NCBI GenBank assembly: GCA_965223325.1
Contig: CBDCWI010000001.1
Coordinates: 1,792,001 to 1,856,000, forward strand
Origin: Candidatus Multivoradales bacterium
Lineage (GTDB): Bacteria; Acidobacteriota; Thermoanaerobaculia; Multivoradales; Multivoraceae
DNA: 64,000 bases
Direction: 5' to 3'
Part shown: one piece after another, positions 58,677 through 64,000 of the stretch
Position numbering within the stretch: position 1 is the stretch's first letter
Layout of the letters: every line of letters starts with the position of its first letter
Made by a program: the position numbers and the translations under genes
Notes under the pieces: model-generated
Database searches by the model: none
The model's input: the letters and a program-made list of their open reading frames with translations, nothing else
Told to the model about the DNA's origin: nothing

Positions 58677-61383
58677 TCCGCTCCCCGAGATCACTGATCC
58701 AGAGGTCACCCTCCCATTCAAGCTGGGACGCATAAAGGTGCGAGCGAGAGACCGGCAAGCTCAGCCCGTTCCAGGTCCACAGGTCGTACTTCGGAAACGG
58801 CCGGGTTCCCTCAGCAACGATTGCGTTCCCCTCGAGGCGCCATCGCCTCAACTTGCCACCGCGGCTGACGCCGATGCCGAGATCACCCAACGGCTGGACT
58901 TCGAGCGCCCCATCAAGAGCGACCACCTCATCCGTTCGGAGGTCGTGGACGACCCAGTTTGGCGGGCATACACCTATCCGCCGATGGGCATCCAGCCAGG
59001 CGGTTCCGCCTCGGAACGGAATACCCTCGGCACACGCCAGGCCCGACGTATCAACGAGCTCGACCGTTGCCCATGAGGCCGAGGAAGGCGAGGCGTCTCC
59101 TGGCTCGACGCGCCGATAGAGGCGGGGAAGGTGAGCTCCTCGTGACGTCGCCAGCCACTTACCGTCCGGCGACCAGGTGCCGATGTTCGCCGGGGCTTCG
59201 AGACCCTCGATCGCTTGCAGGCCCGTGCCGTCGACATGCACCACCCACTGGCCGTAGCCCTCGGGGCCGGCGAGACCATAGGTGATCCAACGAGAGTCTG
59301 GCGTCCAGGTGGGGAACCGCACCTCACTGAAGTGTTCGGCCAGGGTCGTCATGCGACCGGTCGCAACTTCCAGGACGACCACCGCCTGGGGAGGGAAGAA
59401 ACGTCGAAACGCGACGTAGCGCCCGTCGGGAGAAACCCTGGGCTCGACGTACTGGTTGGATCCCTCCGTCAGTAGTTCGGGTGTCTGGGAAGGCCAACCA
59501 TCAGGTTCTATCGGGTAGCGCACCACATTGCCGGTGAGTGTGTCGTCGGCAAAAAGAAGCCGGTCGGCAGAGGGCGCCACCGAGACCGCAGGCACTCGCG
59601 TTGCCGGAACGGCTAGCGGCACCACGGAGCCAGCTGCACGGCCCTGGGCACCGAGACGGAGGGTAAAAAGCGCCATTGCACCCCCGCGGTTACTCGGGAA
59701 CACCAACTCGCTCGAGCTCAACCATTCGGGTGGCCCTTCGATCGAAGGATCATCGGTGACCGGCCAGCCTTCACCAGAGTCGGCGGAAAACACCCAGATA
59801 TCGCGTACCGACTCGTCCGAGAGGTACCAACCGGCGATGAAGCGACCGTCTGGAGACCAGGCCGGGTCGGCGACGTCCAGATCGGTGAACGGCGAGACCT
59901 CGCGCGTTGTGAGATCGAGCACATCGAGACCTGGAGAAGGAAAGCGATACTCAGGCATCCAGGTCCTGGTGCGTGAAAAGACGAGGTGTCTCCCGTCAGG
60001 TGACCAGTCAGGCGCCGAACCACGTTCTGCAACCCGTCGCGGCGATTCGCCGCTCGCGCCAACGATATAGATGCCGGCAGGTTGATCGGGGCGCAGATCG
60101 AAAAGTCCGCGCTGGAACGCGAGCTCCGAGCCATCGGGAGAAAAGTCAGGCGCGAAGTAGTCGCCCTCGAGGGCTTCGGTGAGGTTCGTGGTTCGTGTCG
60201 CGCCTACGCGCTGGAGGTAGATGTTCCACCTGGGGCTGCCATCGGGCGCCGCGCTTTGCGCCGAATAGGCCAGGAACTTGCCGTCTGGCGAAAGGGCAGG
60301 AGTGATCTCGGCACCAGGTTTCGAGGTCACCTGAAAGCTGTAGGTGGGTACCGGCGCCCGAGCGCTCTGACTGTCTACCGGAGAGCTCACATCACGACCA
60401 AGGAGAAAGGCAGCCAGCCCGCCCAGCAGAAGGCCACCGACGAGCGCCGCGGCCACGGGAAGGACCGACCGTTTCGCGGTAGCCGTCTCGACCGACCCTT
60501 CGGCGACATCGCTGACGGCCTCCAGATCGAGACGCAGGTCGCCGACATGCTGGTAGCGCGCGCGCCGGCGCTTGGCGAGACAACGAAGGACAACGCGCCG
60601 AAGACTCTCGGGAATGCCCTCGAGTTGCGCCGCCTCTGGCTCCTGGCGAAGAACCGCTGCCACGGTGTCGACTACCGAGTCGCCCGCAAAGGGCCTCGAG
60701 CCCGTGAGCATCTCCCAGAGGACACAACCCAACGACCAGATATCACTCCTCGAGTCGACGGCATCACCGCGCGCCTGCTCCGGGCTCATATAGGACGCAG
60801 TGCCCACGACGACGCCCGGGTTCGTCGCCATCGCCAGGGTCGGCGAGTGGGTTGCCGACTCGTGGCCGCCCGCAACCGCGGCGGCCTGCGTGTCTTTGGC
60901 GAGACCGAAGTCGACGATCTTCACGCGCGCCTCGCCATCGATCATCAAGTTGGCGGGCTTGAGGTCGCGATGGACAACTCCGGCCCGGTGCGCCGCTTCC
61001 AGCCCACTCGCCACCTGCGCCGCGAGCTCGCGCGCCTCGGCCCAGGGCAGCGCCCCGCGCTCGCCAAGGTGCTCGGCGAGTGTTCGACCCTCTACCAACT
61101 CCATCACCAGGAACGAAACCGCTCGGCCCTGGCCGTCCGTTTCCTTGTCGAACCCGTGAACGGTCGCCACGTTGGGATGGTTGAGCGAAGCCAAAAGGGT
61201 CGCCTCGCGCTCGAATCGCAACACCCGCTCCGGGTCTTGTGAAACCTCCTCGGGCAGAACCTTGATCGCGACGTCACGCTTGAGGGATTGATCGCGCGCT
61301 CGGAACACCTCGCCCATGGCGCCTTCACCGAGCGCCGCAACGATTTCGTAGTTACCCAGACGTGTCCCTGGCCCAATCGTCAT
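58669..61383 (-). CDS. Hanks-type Ser/Thr kinase with TM and TolB-like (PD40) beta-propeller
   Basis: GEGAMGEV, HRDLKPAN, DFG and YMSPE motifs; repeated P..SPDG motifs. Confidence 0.95.
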   Translation of the reverse strand: MTIGPGTRLGNYEIVAALGEGAMGEVFRARDQSLKRDVAIKVLPEEVSQDPERVLRFEREATLLASLNHPNVATVHGFDKETDGQGRAVSFLVMELVEGRTLAEHLGERGALPWAEARELAAQVASGLEAAHRAGVVHRDLKPANLMIDGEARVKIVDFGLAKDTQAAAVAGGHESATHSPTLAMATNPGVVVGTASYMSPEQARGDAVDSRSDIWSLGCVLWEMLTGSRPFAGDSVVDTVAAVLRQEPEAAQLEGIPESLRRVVLRCLAKRRRARYQHVGDLRLDLEAVSDVAEGSVETATAKRSVLPVAAALVGGLLLGGLAAFLLGRDVSSPVDSQSARAPVPTYSFQVTSKPGAEITPALSPDGKFLAYSAQSAAPDGSPRWNIYLQRVGATRTTNLTEALEGDYFAPDFSPDGSELAFQRGLFDLRPDQPAGIYIVGASGESPRRVAERGSAPDWSPDGRHLVFSRTRTWMPEYRFPSPGLDVLDLTTREVSPFTDLDVADPAWSPDGRFIAGWYLSDESVRDIWVFSADSGEGWPVTDDPSIEGPPEWLSSSELVFPSNRGGAMALFTLRLGAQGRAAGSVVPLAVPATRVPAVSVAPSADRLLFADDTLTGNVVRYPIEPDGWPSQTPELLTEGSNQYVEPRVSPDGRYVAFRRFFPPQAVVVLEVATGRMTTLAEHFSEVRFPTWTPDSRWITYGLAGPEGYGQWVVHVDGTGLQAIEGLEAPANIGTWSPDGKWLATSRGAHLPRLYRRVEPGDASPSSASWATVELVDTSGLACAEGIPFRGGTAWLDAHRRIGVCPPNWVVHDLRTDEVVALDGALEVQPLGDLGIGVSRGGKLRRWRLEGNAIVAEGTRPFPKYDLWTWNGLSLPVSRSHLYASQLEWEGDLWISDLGERNG

Positions 61384-61467
61384 TGGCTCAAACCCAATCG
61401 ATTCTTCGCGGAGTGATCAGGGACTACTCTACCCGGGTCCCTCCAGCCCCGACTTCAACCAGGCGCG

Positions 61468-62586
61468 TCAGCCCTTCTTCTTGATCCGCACGTCGCTGTG
61501 GGCGGTGCGGATCTCGACGCGATGTTCACCGCCGCCGTACTGGCCACGAATCTCGGTGCGGCCGGTGCCGAAGCGCATGGGACCTTCGGCCTTGATCTCG
61601 AAGTCGCTATCGAAGTCGCCGCCGGCGAGGTGCGCCTCGAGTGCCATCGAGTAGTCGGCTGGCAGGGTGAGGCTGACTTCTCCACCGGTGGCATCGATCC
61701 GGATGTCGCCTCCGGCGGTCTTCTTGACGTCGATCTCGCCAGCGGTCGTCTTTGCGCGGACGTTGCCCTCGCGACTTTCGATCCAGATGTCGCCACCGAG
61801 GGTCTCCGCATCGATGTCACCGTCGGTATCGACAACTCGAATCTCGCCGCCCTTTGTATGCACCCAAGCACCGCCGGTTGCACCGACGACACGTATGTCG
61901 CCACCGTAGGTCTCGAAACGCAGGGAGCCCTCGGCACTGGCGGCGCCGGCGCCGTCGTAGGACATGTCGCCACCGAGGGTGCGCACCGAGAGTTCTCCGG
62001 CGACCTCCTGAAGCGCGACATCGCCACCGCTGGTGCTCGCCGTTCCATCGAGCGACGAGTGCTCGATCCTGATCTCACCGCCCAGGGTGTTGAGCTTGAT
62101 CGTGCCCGCGCTGTCTTCGAGGGTGAGGCTGCCGCCACGAGAGTTGACCACCATCTCGCCGTTCAGGTGCTGGACCTCGAAGTCTCCACCGTTCGAGTCG
62201 AGCTTGACGTCGAAGGTTGTCGGCACAATGACATCGATGTCGATCGACCGGCGCCACTTCTTCGGTCGGGTGGACTTCGAGGCCACCAAGAGACCTTGGG
62301 GAGTCTCCCGGGCGGTGATCTCGACGAACTCGGCGTCACGCCCCTCAACATCGATCTCGATCCTGGCCTCGCCGCGCTGGGTCGCACTTTCGTCGCCACG
62401 CAGCTTGACGTCGCCGCCGGCATCGAGGGCAAAGCTAATGGTCTGGCCTGGTTTCACGTCGAAGGTGTATTCGGCATCCCACTCTTCCGCTCTGAGAGAC
62501 GTGCCCAGCAGCATCGAAACGGCCAGGACAAGGACTCCGCGCGCCGAGAAACTGGCTGCGGCTGGAAGGAATCGAGTAGAGGTCAT
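61468..62586 (-). CDS. DUF4097-like beta-strand repeat protein
   Basis: Signal peptide and many T.GG.I repeats. Confidence 0.85.
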   Translation of the reverse strand: MTSTRFLPAAASFSARGVLVLAVSMLLGTSLRAEEWDAEYTFDVKPGQTISFALDAGGDVKLRGDESATQRGEARIEIDVEGRDAEFVEITARETPQGLLVASKSTRPKKWRRSIDIDVIVPTTFDVKLDSNGGDFEVQHLNGEMVVNSRGGSLTLEDSAGTIKLNTLGGEIRIEHSSLDGTASTSGGDVALQEVAGELSVRTLGGDMSYDGAGAASAEGSLRFETYGGDIRVVGATGGAWVHTKGGEIRVVDTDGDIDAETLGGDIWIESREGNVRAKTTAGEIDVKKTAGGDIRIDATGGEVSLTLPADYSMALEAHLAGGDFDSDFEIKAEGPMRFGTGRTEIRGQYGGGEHRVEIRTAHSDVRIKKKG

Positions 62587-63593
62587 AGCAATCGCTCCTG
62601 CGCCCGCTGGCGCACGGCTGGTGGAAGTCTTTCGGCGTGGGCCTCGAGGAGTTCCTCGAGCGCCTGGCGACTGGCGTCGTCGGGCTCGCGGGACAAAGCG
62701 TCGATCGCCCGCAAGCGCATTTGAACCGAGGCATCGCCCTCAATGACCGCCAGGAAGGCGTCGCGCACGGCAGGCGACGACGCCTGGCGCTCGAGACCTT
62801 CGAGTGCGCGCAGGCGCACCGCCACTTCAGGGTCACCATGGAGGGCTTCGATGAGCGCCGCCTCGACGCGCGGGTCGACGGTCGAGCCAACCAACTCGAT
62901 GGCTTCGAGTCGGGCTCCGAGCGCGTCGGGACTGGCGAACGAGGCCAGGAGGGTCTCGAGCACCATCGGATCGGTCGCCGGCCTGACGACGCGGTAGCTC
63001 CGCCGCAGGTCGAACGACATCTCGACCTCGCCGGTTTCCAATCGCGAGACTCTGAGGTCTTCGATCGACTCCTTGCGCACCTCCTCAGCATCGGCTGAGA
63101 AGCGCGCCAGCACGGTGTCGCCAAGGCCAGCGCCACCTGCGGCACCGGAGAGAGCCCCAGGGTTCTGCGCTGTCGCCTCTTCGGCCGAGGGTGAAGGAGT
63201 TCCAGGGGCAACGAAGCGCCCAAGGCCAAACCCCACCGCGAGCGCGATTCCTGCCGCGGCCGCCAGCCTTGGCAACCAACTCGCCCCGGCACGGCTCCGC
63301 AGCTGTCGGGGCGGGCCGGGCCGCGGTGAATCCTTGCGAGCCTCACCCTCAACGCCTGGTATGACCGCTTCGCGCATCGCCCGGAACTGGGAGGCCGGCG
63401 GCAGCACGACGGCCGTCTGCGCTTCGCGCAGCTCGACGAGATCGAAGTGCAGCTCGGTCAAGCGCTCGAGCTCGGGACCTTCCTGACCCCGAATCAAGCG
63501 CTCGGTCACCTCGGGCGATAGTTCGCCGGCCACGAGCTTTTCGAACAGGACGTTCTGTTCTTGATTCAACTGGTCTTCGGTAGGACGACTCAT
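62583..63593 (-). CDS. Putative anti-sigma factor with TM and HEAT repeats
   Basis: Single TM, HEAT-like DP..AVRLRALE / D..VQMRLRAID motifs, directly downstream of the ECF sigma gene. Confidence 0.75.
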   Translation of the reverse strand: MSRPTEDQLNQEQNVLFEKLVAGELSPEVTERLIRGQEGPELERLTELHFDLVELREAQTAVVLPPASQFRAMREAVIPGVEGEARKDSPRPGPPRQLRSRAGASWLPRLAAAAGIALAVGFGLGRFVAPGTPSPSAEEATAQNPGALSGAAGGAGLGDTVLARFSADAEEVRKESIEDLRVSRLETGEVEMSFDLRRSYRVVRPATDPMVLETLLASFASPDALGARLEAIELVGSTVDPRVEAALIEALHGDPEVAVRLRALEGLERQASSPAVRDAFLAVIEGDASVQMRLRAIDALSREPDDASRQALEELLEAHAERLPPAVRQRAQERLL

Positions 63594-63683
63594 TTCTCAC
63601 TCTCCTGTTGGCCAGCGAACCTTGCACGCACGACAGGTCGGCCGACCCGTTTGGGCACTCTCTTCTCCAGATCTTCGGTGGGC

Positions 63684-64000
63684 TCAAGCATCGGCGTCTC
63701 CTGCGAGCAGGGAGCGCAAGCGCCGCAAGGCGCGACAGAGCACGACGCGCGCCGCACCGTTGGTGCATTCGAGCTCGGCGGCGATTTCGTCGAGAGAAAG
63801 CTCTTGGATGTAGCGCAGCTCCACCGCCATGCGATAACGCTCGGGCAGCTGGGTCATGGCATGCAGAAGCTGCTCTTTCGACTCGCCGGCCAATAGCCCC
63901 GCTTCTTGATCGGGGCGCGACTTCGCGGCTCCCGCGGAAGCAACCTCGAGCATCTCGTCGTCTGCCGGATCGGCCGGCCGACGGTCGCGGTAGCGCACGT
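63684..64000 (-). CDS. ECF sigma-70 factor, C-terminal region 4 (5' end outside window)
   Basis: LPERYR..V.LRY..ELS.DEIA..L...GA.RV.L.RA.RRLR motif. Confidence 0.85.
   Translation of the reverse strand, partial: VRYRDRRPADPADDEMLEVASAGAAKSRPDQEAGLLAGESKEQLLHAMTQLPERYRMAVELRYIQELSLDEIAAELECTNGAARVVLCRALRRLRSLLAGDADA

Noticed and set aside
185-63896. Numerous long antisense or alternate-frame ORFs (e.g. 13206..14336, 17437..18459, 44230..45492, 60082..61242, 61498..62724)
   Set aside because: They overlap well-supported genes, lack motifs, and are the shadow ORFs expected in high-GC DNA.

Overview
GC-rich bacterial window, most likely Acidobacteriota (Thermoanaerobaculia-like). This is inferred from an acidobacterial VWA-related protein, an Oar-type TonB receptor, several Hanks kinases and a repeated 'W-E-x-L-V-K-V-L-D-G-C' extracellular domain. 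It holds about 45 protein genes: an S8 peptidase cassette bounded by ~59-bp inverted repeats; a radical SAM/GT2/carbamoyltransferase/GT-C operon; three Ser/Thr kinases and an FHA protein; a GldAFG-like ABC system; an M14 peptidase; VapBC; TonB receptor, MarR, SnoaL-like and DoxX genes; a TetR-RND efflux operon; aconitase X; and the end of an ECF sigma/anti-sigma/DUF4097 unit. The main finding is one the ORF track splits. Four in-frame TGA codons sit at Cys positions of CxxC-type motifs and are followed by bacterial SECIS-like hairpins, implying three selenoproteins. Two form a translationally coupled operon of predicted exported proteins: an HMA(UxxC)-thioredoxin fusion (33281..32583) and a His-rich outer-membrane beta-barrel with a UxxU motif just after its signal peptide (32586..31471), followed by a GNAT gene. 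The third, a UxxC peroxiredoxin-like gene (52822..52175), serves as an internal control. A ~1.3-kb array of ~300-bp structured repeats bounded by CTAG lies between two convergent genes. No rRNA, tRNA, CRISPR array, transposase or selABCD gene was recognised. All family calls come from motif recognition, not database searches.
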